From NCBI GenBank assembly GCA_964432405.1, contig CAYSNH010000001.1:1-32000 (forward strand): a stretch of 32,000 nt of DNA, written 5' to 3'. Below the pieces are notes generated by a model. It saw only the letters and a list, made by a program, of their open reading frames with translations, had not been told where the DNA came from and did not search any database. A program made the translations under genes and the position numbers. This DNA is from an uncultured Candidatus Saccharibacteria bacterium. GTDB taxonomy: Bacteria > Patescibacteriota > Minisyncoccia > UBA6257 > UBA11618. Positions 14,974 through 22,948 of this stretch are shown here, one piece after another (within the stretch, counting starts at the first letter, position 1; each line of letters opens with the position of its first letter).

Positions 14974-15854
14974 AATCTAAATACCTTTTTTAACATTCTT
15001 TTAGCTCGACGCATCAAAATGCTTAAAGCAGATACGTCGTTATAATAAACACCTATATCAAATAATGAGTCCTTAATCTCAAAAATGTTATTAAAAGAAT
15101 AACGAGGATATGATGTTATATCACGATTAGAAACGCCGTGCAAAGCATCAACGGAATTAATAAACATTGCCAATGAATTGTCTTGATATGGCAACTCACC
15201 AACCTTCTCACAATATTTATAATCAATCAACCTTGCCCCATGAAATCTAGATTTTTTTCTATCTTTATGTTTATAAAGCTCTAAACTACCACCCACAGAG
15301 TCATCTTCTAATTGTTTAAGATAGAAATTTCCAATAACCATCTTATGCTCATTATCAAGATGAGGAATTTTAACAGACGATGGCATCTCTCTTACCGGCG
15401 TATCAATACATATTTCTGCATCAATAAGAACATCGCAATTTTCAAAACTATCTATATTTCTAATTCCAACACGGAGATTATCAAAATTATTAAATACTGG
15501 CCGCAGGTGAGGATGTTGCTCATAAAGAGCTTCCCCAAAAATATCTAAAAATTTCCTTAAATAATCCTTAGTTAAATGAGCTTCAATAAACTCTCTCCAA
15601 ATTGGAGCAATTGAAGAATCTGATAAAATATCTGCTACTCGACATCTTATTTTACGATTACTTGGAACCTCTGTTCCTCTAGCCACTCCAAGACAATGCC
15701 AACCATAATCAAATTTTAATAAATCTTCTATACTAGGATAAGCTGCTCGTAACTCATCAGCCAAAGATTGATCTAATACCTGTTTTTTAACTATATAAGG
15801 AAACGGATCCCTCTTAACATCTGTTTTATTAATATTATCAAGAATAGTTTTCAT
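14970..15854 (-). CDS. 2OG-Fe(II) oxygenase-like protein
   Basis: N-terminal DPFPYIVKKQVLDQSLADEL resembles the PFPh.vidnFL start of P4H-like 2OG oxygenases. There is an HxD motif (IPHLDNEH), then GGSLELY, then a distal His in NSLAMFINSVDALHGVS. Confidence 0.55.
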   Translation of the reverse strand: MKTILDNINKTDVKRDPFPYIVKKQVLDQSLADELRAAYPSIEDLLKFDYGWHCLGVARGTEVPSNRKIRCRVADILSDSSIAPIWREFIEAHLTKDYLRKFLDIFGEALYEQHPHLRPVFNNFDNLRVGIRNIDSFENCDVLIDAEICIDTPVREMPSSVKIPHLDNEHKMVIGNFYLKQLEDDSVGGSLELYKHKDRKKSRFHGARLIDYKYCEKVGELPYQDNSLAMFINSVDALHGVSNRDITSYPRYSFNNIFEIKDSLFDIGVYYNDVSALSILMRRAKRMLKKVFRL

Positions 15855-15878
15855 AAAATTAAAAAGATTTTTTATTAA

Positions 15879-17732
15879 TTATAATTTTATATTAAAAGAC
15901 TTCGCCCAAATTTGAAAAGAAACAATTGGCATAAATTTCTTCAAATCGACAGTTGAATAAGATGATTTATTTAAATATTGATCCTTAATATATTCAAAAT
16001 CAAATAAATCATTAGTTTCCCTATAATAATCCTCTGATAAAATATCTCTCACCATTACACCAAAACGACCATTCATCCATTGACTCACTGGCGCCCTCCA
16101 ACCAGTTTTCCGCTTATTTATTACATAGTCAGGCAATCTATTTTCATAAGCCCTCTTCATCATTATCTTAAGATTATGAGGAGCTATCTTTTCTCTAGAA
16201 GAAATACTATTAGCATAATTAATTATGTCAGAATCAAGTAACGGAAAACGCCCTTCCATTCCAAACCTCATGGTTATCTTGTCTGTTCTAATAAATTCTT
16301 CATCTGCTAACCAAAAAAGGCGATCTAAATTAGCTAACTCATTCTCAATATCATCACCAGCCTCAACAAACATTGAGTCTAATAAATAATTTTTTAAATC
16401 AATTAAATCATAATTAAATAATTTAAAAGACTTGTTTTTAAATGGTAGGTGAGATTTATTAGTCAATTTATTAATATAAATCCACCTATCAAGTAAATTG
16501 TTTAGCTCAAAATTTTGTAAAGCATTTTTTAACTTTATACTTTTATTTAAATTTTTAATTTTAAAAGCTGTATTAAGAATTGAAGCTGGGTATTTATTAT
16601 ACAAATTATTTAATCTAGAAAATAAATATTTGGGATAACCTAGAAATAACTCATCTCCACCACTACCACTCAAAACTATAGTAACATCTTTACTAGCCTC
16701 TCTCGCTAATAGCCAATAGGCGGCCAGAGAGGGGTTGTAACGAGGCTCTTCTATTGATTTTACAACCTCTTCTGTCGCTTTTATAAAATTATCCTCATCA
16801 ATTAATAACTCACAATGATCTATCCCATAATCACTACTAAGTCTTTTGGCAATTCTCGCATCTTCATTAATAGCTTCATCATCAACATCAAATCTGGTTG
16901 TATATGATTTGCTAATATTACTTTTATTCTTCATTAACTCATAAAGAACCGCTGTTGAATCTAAACCTCCGCTCAAATAAATTCCGAAAGGTCTCAAGCC
17001 CATTGTGTGATCCAGGACTGATTTATTTATTTTCTCTCTTAAAACTTCTGGATCAAAGTTATTGACTGTCTTTTTCAACTGACCAAGCCAAGTCTTTGTT
17101 AATAAGCCATCTTTAAGATCTAACTCTATATACTGACCTGGACAAACCTTTTTAATGCCCTCTATTAAAGTTCTTTGACCGGGAACATATCCTAGCATAA
17201 AGAAGGCATTTGCTGAGTCTTTATCCAGCCTTCTTGATACCTCATGAGTTAAAATACCTCGGATTTCTGAAGAAAAAATAATCTTTTTATTAAAATGATG
17301 ATAATAAAGAGGCTTAATGCCAGAAAAATCACGCGCTAAAAAAATCTTATTATTTTTTCTATCATAAAAAGCAAAAGCAAACATTCCATTTAATTTGGAT
17401 ATGAAACTAGGGCCTTCTTTTATAAGGCCCTGAAACAAAACCTCTGTATCGCAATCAGTATAAAATTTACTACCTAATTTTTCCAAATACCTTCTTAAAG
17501 AACGATAATTATATATCTCGCCATTATAAGTTAAAACATAATTATTATCCTCCGAAACAAATGGCTGCCTAGATTTTTTAGGTAATTCAGTAATAGCTAG
17601 CAAGTTATGACCAAAAGATATCTTATCATTAACAAAGTGACCTGTACCATCAGGTCCTCTATGATTAGTTGCTTCATTCATTTTTAACAACAATTCCTTG
17701 TTATTAAAATTAAATCCATTAATTGCGCACAT
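15879..17732 (-). CDS. Asparagine synthase (glutamine-hydrolysing) family amidotransferase, AsnB-like
   Basis: Nucleophile Cys2 (MCAINGF), the Ntn glutaminase block YNGEIYNY, and the PP-loop YLSGGLDSTAV. 617 aa. It lies in a glycan operon, so it is probably a sugar or carboxylate amidotransferase rather than a housekeeping AsnB. Confidence 0.8.
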   Translation of the reverse strand: MCAINGFNFNNKELLLKMNEATNHRGPDGTGHFVNDKISFGHNLLAITELPKKSRQPFVSEDNNYVLTYNGEIYNYRSLRRYLEKLGSKFYTDCDTEVLFQGLIKEGPSFISKLNGMFAFAFYDRKNNKIFLARDFSGIKPLYYHHFNKKIIFSSEIRGILTHEVSRRLDKDSANAFFMLGYVPGQRTLIEGIKKVCPGQYIELDLKDGLLTKTWLGQLKKTVNNFDPEVLREKINKSVLDHTMGLRPFGIYLSGGLDSTAVLYELMKNKSNISKSYTTRFDVDDEAINEDARIAKRLSSDYGIDHCELLIDEDNFIKATEEVVKSIEEPRYNPSLAAYWLLAREASKDVTIVLSGSGGDELFLGYPKYLFSRLNNLYNKYPASILNTAFKIKNLNKSIKLKNALQNFELNNLLDRWIYINKLTNKSHLPFKNKSFKLFNYDLIDLKNYLLDSMFVEAGDDIENELANLDRLFWLADEEFIRTDKITMRFGMEGRFPLLDSDIINYANSISSREKIAPHNLKIMMKRAYENRLPDYVINKRKTGWRAPVSQWMNGRFGVMVRDILSEDYYRETNDLFDFEYIKDQYLNKSSYSTVDLKKFMPIVSFQIWAKSFNIKL

Positions 17733-19824
17733 TTTCTGATAATTTTAAAATTTTAAATTGTTCGAGATCTCTCTCTGTATCTATCCCAATACTATGCCAA
17801 TCACCTATTACTACCCCTATTTGATATCCATTTTCTAAAGCTCTTAACTGCTCTAATTTTTCTAACTTTTCTAAATTACTCTGAGGAAGTTTCACAAATT
17901 CAAATAGAAAATCTTTTCTATAAGCATAAATACCTAAATGATGAAAAGCTCCATTTACTTGAGAGCGAGTAAAATAAAGAGCTCTGCCTTTATTGTCGAT
18001 TACCGCCTTAACATTACCTTGATTTGCCGCATCAATAGAATCGCCAAATGGAGTAACTGCAGTTACTATTTGTGAGTTATTATCTTCTTTTATCTTTCTT
18101 ACTATTTCAATAATAACCTCTGTTGGCATTAACGGCTCATCACCCTGAATATTAACAATTATTTCAGGATCTACATCGGTTAAATTATTAATTGCCTCTG
18201 CTATTCTATCTGTTCCTGATAAACAATTACTACTTGTCATAACCGCCCCACCTCCTTCTTTAGAAATTATATCAAATATCTCCTGCGAATCAGTTGCAAC
18301 AATCACCTCATCCAAAACATCTGCTTTCTGAGCATTCTTCCAAGTGTGATAAATAAGTGGCTTACCCCCTACATCAGCCAACATTTTTTTAGAAAGACGC
18401 GTAGAATGCAATCGAGCAGGAATTACCCCTATAACCTTAGGTGATTTTAAATTTTTTTTTAAAGTCTCATTCATATCAACTTGAGTGGTTATTGTATTTT
18501 TTCTTTCTTTTAAAATATCTATCGAAGTACTAGCCACGCTCTTCATCTGACTCTCCAAATCAACTGAATTGTCAGTTAAAAAATCCGCCAAACCACCATC
18601 AACTAAATTATCAGCTTGGGTATTATCACTTCTCAAAACCATCACCGGCTTTCCTGATTCAATCATCTCATACAATAATGTAGAGTATGTTCCAATTACT
18701 AAATTAATCTCCTTAAGGATCTCCGCATTTAGCTCTTGAATAATATTAAAGTTAGGACGACTTTTAAAATCATGTAGCTCAGAAATCTTTAGCTGCTCTT
18801 CAATATCTTGATCTGGTCTAGCTTTAAAATATATTTTTAATTTTGGTATTAATAGCAACTGCTTAATGCAATTCTTAACAGCCTCTTTATCAGCTTTAAG
18901 CTCAAAAGGAATTAAAACTACCAATTGGCCATCAAATTGAGTAGCCATAAAATCATTATTAGAATAAAAGGGCTGCCCGCCAATAACAACTCTTTTTTTA
19001 TAAAAGTTATAAACTGGGCTTAAAGATATTAATTCATCTCTCCAATATTTATTCCATACCATAAACTTATCGGGAGCAACACATTTTTCTGGAGGGATGT
19101 TGTAATTGATCCAGCCCGTTAAGTATTTATTAAATCTTCCGTGTTGAAATGAAACAACCTTAATACCAAGCTCTTGAGCGGCAATAATAAGTTCATTATA
19201 ATATCGAGGATCATCAATTGTTAATAGAGTATTAATGCCTGTTAGTTTTAAATACCATCTAATAAACTTAATTTTTTTCTCACTTTGAACCGTGTTAGCT
19301 AACAACCCATCAATAACCTCTCTTAAATAATCTCGCTGATCTTCTTCGAATTCATCAAGTTCTAATTGATAACTAACTTTTTTAGAAGGAAAAAGTAAAT
19401 TGGCTAAATCAATAAAAAAAACGGGCTTGGCATTATATAAATTAGCTTTGAGACCATGAACAACCTCCCCGTATTTAATATTGTTCTTTTCTAAAAAATT
19501 AAAGACTTTTGCTAAACGAAAATCTTTTTTTGATTTAGCTATTGAATACACTAATATTTTTGTCTTATTAATTCTTAATTTTAAAATCAATAATAAAGCT
19601 AAAATAGAATACTGAATAATGTTTTTAATTCTTTTAAGAGTATTTATAATATTTTTTTTCTGCTTCTTAACAGAACGGTTAACAAGAGCATCCCAAAGCC
19701 AAACCTGATTAAAACTCCAAGTAGAATAATGCTTGTATCTACAGAAATCATAAATAGGAATACCCTCAATCTTTAAGAGATTGATTTTCTTTAAAATTTC
19801 CAGATTTTTATCTAAAATTTTCAT
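17719..19824 (-). CDS. kdsB: Fusion protein: N-terminal membrane-anchored unassigned domain (about 460 aa, GT-B/capsule-synthesis-like?) + C-terminal 3-deoxy-manno-octulosonate cytidylyltransferase (KdsB)
   Basis: C-terminal ~240 aa: VIGVIPARLHSTRLSKKMLADVGGKPLIYH, VIVATDSQEI, GTDRIAEA, NIQGDEPLMP, HLGIYAYRKDFL and LEQLRALENGYQIGVV are canonical KdsB blocks. The N-terminal part has one TM helix (IIQYSILALLLILKL) and no motif I can assign with confidence. Confidence 0.8.
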   Translation of the reverse strand: MKILDKNLEILKKINLLKIEGIPIYDFCRYKHYSTWSFNQVWLWDALVNRSVKKQKKNIINTLKRIKNIIQYSILALLLILKLRINKTKILVYSIAKSKKDFRLAKVFNFLEKNNIKYGEVVHGLKANLYNAKPVFFIDLANLLFPSKKVSYQLELDEFEEDQRDYLREVIDGLLANTVQSEKKIKFIRWYLKLTGINTLLTIDDPRYYNELIIAAQELGIKVVSFQHGRFNKYLTGWINYNIPPEKCVAPDKFMVWNKYWRDELISLSPVYNFYKKRVVIGGQPFYSNNDFMATQFDGQLVVLIPFELKADKEAVKNCIKQLLLIPKLKIYFKARPDQDIEEQLKISELHDFKSRPNFNIIQELNAEILKEINLVIGTYSTLLYEMIESGKPVMVLRSDNTQADNLVDGGLADFLTDNSVDLESQMKSVASTSIDILKERKNTITTQVDMNETLKKNLKSPKVIGVIPARLHSTRLSKKMLADVGGKPLIYHTWKNAQKADVLDEVIVATDSQEIFDIISKEGGGAVMTSSNCLSGTDRIAEAINNLTDVDPEIIVNIQGDEPLMPTEVIIEIVRKIKEDNNSQIVTAVTPFGDSIDAANQGNVKAVIDNKGRALYFTRSQVNGAFHHLGIYAYRKDFLFEFVKLPQSNLEKLEKLEQLRALENGYQIGVVIGDWHSIGIDTERDLEQFKILKLSENVRN

Positions 19825-20789
19825 ATAATATGATTCTCTATAATGTCATGAAGATGAATAATGCTTCTTGGCTTATTATCACTCACAACAACCAAAGAGG
19901 TAATCTTATTCTCCTCCATAATTTCAATCGCTTTCTGCAAAGAATCGTTTTCATTAATAGTTATTGGTTGCTTAGTCATGGCCATAGTCACTCCGACCTC
20001 TATTGAAAATTTATCTGATAGAATAAATCTTCTTATATCTCCATCAGTTAAAATGCCTAACAAAAATCCAGCCTTATTAACAACGCAAGTAACACCAAGA
20101 CCTTTCTTAGTTATTTCCTGAAGAGCCTCGGCAAATGATTGTTGATCATGAACCAAGGGCAATCTGTCTTCTTCTTTAAGGATGTTTTTAATTAAAGTAT
20201 TTTTTAAACCTAATTGTCCGCCTGGATGAAAATTATTAAAATCAGCTCTAGCAAATCCTCTCTGCTTACTAACAGCACTTGCTACAAGATAACCAATTAT
20301 TAAAGAAACCGTGGTGCTAGCCATAGGAGCAGTATCAAATGGAGAACCTTCATTATCAATTTTATAAATAATCTTATAATCAACCAATCGAGCCAAAGAA
20401 GAATCTTTATTACCAGCAATTAAAACGGTTTTTGTGCCTATTTTCTTAAAATGCTCTATTAATTTAATAAGCTCCTGGGTCTCACCACTGTTAGAAAGAG
20501 CCAGAATAGTATCATTACCATCAACAACTCCTAAATCACCGTGAAAAGCTTCTGTAGGGTGCAAAAAGACAGCTTTTATGCCAAGGCTATTAAAGGTAGC
20601 GGTCAATTTGTTAGCAATATGACCCGACTTACCCAGCCCAGAAAACACCACCTTGCCATCACATGACTTAATCAGCTCCACAATCTCACAAAAATTGTCA
20701 TCTAAAACATCTTCCAAAGAAGAGCCGGCTATCAAAATGTGACTTAATGTTTCCTGACTAATATTAATTATCTCCTGTCGTTTTTCCAT
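19821..20789 (-). CDS. kpsF: KpsF/GutQ/KdsD-family arabinose-5-phosphate isomerase (SIS + tandem CBS)
   Basis: SIS block GKVVFSGLGKSGHIANKLTATFNSLGIKAVFLHPTEAFHGDLGVV...ILALSNSGET. It is followed by a C-terminal CBS pair (ILTDGDIRR ... ITSLVVV). Confidence 0.85.
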   Translation of the reverse strand: MEKRQEIINISQETLSHILIAGSSLEDVLDDNFCEIVELIKSCDGKVVFSGLGKSGHIANKLTATFNSLGIKAVFLHPTEAFHGDLGVVDGNDTILALSNSGETQELIKLIEHFKKIGTKTVLIAGNKDSSLARLVDYKIIYKIDNEGSPFDTAPMASTTVSLIIGYLVASAVSKQRGFARADFNNFHPGGQLGLKNTLIKNILKEEDRLPLVHDQQSFAEALQEITKKGLGVTCVVNKAGFLLGILTDGDIRRFILSDKFSIEVGVTMAMTKQPITINENDSLQKAIEIMEENKITSLVVVSDNKPRSIIHLHDIIENHII

Positions 20790-20813
20790 AATAGAGCCTT
20801 TTTAAGTGACAAT

Positions 20814-20822
20814 ATTATACCA
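20814..20822 (-). promoter_or_regulatory. Extended -10 promoter TGGTATAAT for the kpsF operon
   Basis: The reverse complement of 20814-20822 is TGGTATAAT, 24 nt upstream of the kpsF ATG (20789). A weak AAGG lies 6 nt before the ATG. It sits in a 103-nt divergent intergenic region. Confidence 0.45.
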
Positions 20823-20877
20823 TAAATTTTTTTAACATCAATGGCTGATTGTTGTTTTTAAAGGGCTTTTATCATAA

Positions 20878-20883
20878 GATAAT
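20878..20883 (+). promoter_or_regulatory. Possible -10 box GATAAT for the GT8-like gene (near-leaderless)
   Basis: GATAAT ends 9 nt before ATG 20893. No SD motif. Confidence 0.3.
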
Positions 20884-20892
20884 CATAAATAC

Positions 20893-21747
20893 ATGGCTAA
20901 AAATACAGTTTTTATTCATACCAATAATAAACAACTACTTGGAGCTAAAATTGCCCATTACGCTATCTTCAAGCACCTGAATGATAAAGATTCTGTTGAT
21001 GTAAGAATTATTAATGTTGATAATTTAAGTGTCTTTAAAGATTTTTCTAATAAAAAATATTTACGAAAAGGGACTGAGATAACTTATAACCCTCAGGACT
21101 TACAATCATTTACCCTATCTCGATTTATGCCGCCTCAATTAATGAATTATGAGGGTAAGGCTATTGTTATAGATCCAGATATATTCCCTTTAATCGACAT
21201 TAATCAATTATTTAATATCGAGCTGCAAAATAATGCCATCGCCTGCTGCCCTAAAAAAGATGATTGGGATACTAGCGTGATGCTAATGGACTGCTCCCAA
21301 TTAAAACACTGGCGCATAGAAAATATTATCAATGAGCTAATTAATAAAAAAACCGATTACGTTGATTGGATGTCCTTAAAAATGGAGAAGAATATTCTCC
21401 CTCTACCTAGAGAATGGAATAGTCTGGACAGCCTTTCTGATGAGACTAAACTACTTCACACTACTCAAAGATTAACTCAACCATGGAAAACTGGCCTGCC
21501 CATCGACTTCACTAGAAACAAGCTACCAAAACTCTTTGGTCTTATTCCTCGAGAATGGGTCTTAAAAATAAGAGGTAAATACCCTTCTAAGTATCAAGCT
21601 CATCCTGATAAAAATATAGAAAGATTTTTTATTCAATTAATAAAAGAATCTCTAGAGAATAATTTTGTTTCTAGAGAATTTATTGAAAAAGAAATAGAAG
21701 TTAAGCATGTTCGCCCTGATCTTTTGCTACTGATCGATAAATCTTAA
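20893..21747 (+). CDS. GT8-like nucleotide-diphospho-sugar glycosyltransferase
   Basis: The DxD-type motif AIVIDPDIFPLIDINQLF and the later SVMLMDCSQLKHW resemble GT8 blocks (YLDaDiiv...L and nsGVml.n...wr). It is the only + strand gene between 12.9 and 32 kb. Its last 20 nt lie inside the 331-bp repeat. Confidence 0.5.
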   Translation: MAKNTVFIHTNNKQLLGAKIAHYAIFKHLNDKDSVDVRIINVDNLSVFKDFSNKKYLRKGTEITYNPQDLQSFTLSRFMPPQLMNYEGKAIVIDPDIFPLIDINQLFNIELQNNAIACCPKKDDWDTSVMLMDCSQLKHWRIENIINELINKKTDYVDWMSLKMEKNILPLPREWNSLDSLSDETKLLHTTQRLTQPWKTGLPIDFTRNKLPKLFGLIPREWVLKIRGKYPSKYQAHPDKNIERFFIQLIKESLENNFVSREFIEKEIEVKHVRPDLLLLIDKS

Positions 21748-22894
21748 TTACCTGATCAATATAATCATCCCAATTTCTCTCTTTAGCTAAACGATAATTG
21801 CCCTCTCCTAATTTTTGAGCCAATTCTTCATTGCTTAATATTTTAACAAGAGCATCTGCTGTTGCTTCAATGTTATCTTCAGGAACTAATAGTCCTGTTT
21901 CTTGATGATGAACAGCGTCCGATACACCTCCTGAGTCTGCTGCTACCACTGGTTTTTTATATAAACCAGCCTCTAAATATACTAGACCATAACCTTCAAA
22001 GTTATGATTAATATAACGAGAAGTTAGAGCAAAAACGTTACATCTTTTAAATAAGTAAATTAATTCTTCAGCGGGTATGTTTTGAAGAATAAGAAGATTT
22101 TTTCTAACACCTAAAGATTCGGCTAATTGATAATATTTCTCCTTGTCACCATTACCTACAATTACCAATTGAGCTTCTGGTATTTTACTTACTATCTCCG
22201 GCAAAGCCTGAATTAAAATATCGCCTCCTTTTCTAGACTTGAGAGGGCCTATACTTAGAATAACTTTAGAATTATCTGATATGTCGTCATTTGATGTGAT
22301 TTGTGATTCCGAATCCTCTACGCTGGCTGGTTCACTAATAGGATTATAAATAACATCAATAACTCGCTGATGACCAGATACTTCTTGCATCTTTTTGGCA
22401 GTAAAATTACTAATAACAATAATAGCAGAGGCTTTTTTATACACCTTCATCATTATCTGTCTATCTGGAAATTTAGAAAATGGAGCTACTGAAAAAGTTC
22501 CGTGGCCAGTAAATATAAAGGGGCAATTTAATTTCTTTGCTAATCGATAAGCTAAAAAAGCATAAGGAAAATCTATTAATGAGTGCACTAAAGAAGTCCC
22601 ATTATTATCAATAGGAATTTTTTTCCATAAAAAAAATATTTTTCGAAGAGCTTTTATATGTATTAGACTTTTTGGTAAATTATTAAACAATCCTTTAATA
22701 GCAAAACTACTTGGTAAATTAGGTAGAATATATTTTATTTTATCAGCATAAGGAACATTAAATCTTTGAGCTTCTTCAGGTAACAACAATTCAAAATCAA
22801 TATCTTTTTTATAAAGAAACAAAGCGTGATGATGAGTCATCGTTCCAAAACCAGAATTTGGCTCAATTGAATTACTTAATAAAATAATTTTCAT
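21701..22894 (-). CDS. GT4-family glycosyltransferase (paralog A)
   Basis: GT-B C-terminal domain with the E-x7-E region NFEGYGLVYLEAGLYKKPVVAADSGGVSDAVHHQETGLLV. The last ~107 shared residues are identical to paralog B. It overlaps the 3' end of the convergent GT8-like gene by 47 nt. Confidence 0.8.
   Translation of the reverse strand: MKIILLSNSIEPNSGFGTMTHHHALFLYKKDIDFELLLPEEAQRFNVPYADKIKYILPNLPSSFAIKGLFNNLPKSLIHIKALRKIFFLWKKIPIDNNGTSLVHSLIDFPYAFLAYRLAKKLNCPFIFTGHGTFSVAPFSKFPDRQIMMKVYKKASAIIVISNFTAKKMQEVSGHQRVIDVIYNPISEPASVEDSESQITSNDDISDNSKVILSIGPLKSRKGGDILIQALPEIVSKIPEAQLVIVGNGDKEKYYQLAESLGVRKNLLILQNIPAEELIYLFKRCNVFALTSRYINHNFEGYGLVYLEAGLYKKPVVAADSGGVSDAVHHQETGLLVPEDNIEATADALVKILSNEELAQKLGEGNYRLAKERNWDDYIDQVIKIYRSVAKDQGEHA
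21728..22058. repeat. Copy A of a perfect 331-bp direct repeat (partner at 22952-23282)
   Basis: Base-by-base reading shows identity from tactgatcgataaatcttaattacc... to ...catcttttaaataagtaa at a constant offset of 1224 bp. Confidence 0.9.
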
Positions 22895-22948
22895 ATTATT
22901 TTTTTAACCTAGATTTATTAAATTAGCAAATTATCAATCCCCTAATAA

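Noticed and set aside
17719-20789. Reading kpsF + kdsB as evidence of LPS or an outer membrane
   Set aside because: Kdo also occurs in capsules and other glycans. No lpx, waaA, kdsA or kdsC genes are in the window, so no envelope-type conclusion can be drawn from this sequence alone.
20790-20892. The 103-nt divergent intergenic region as a possible riboswitch or small RNA
   Set aside because: It is too short and AT-rich, has no convincing conserved stem-loops, and is adequately explained by two divergent promoters (TGGTATAAT on the minus strand, GATAAT on the plus strand).
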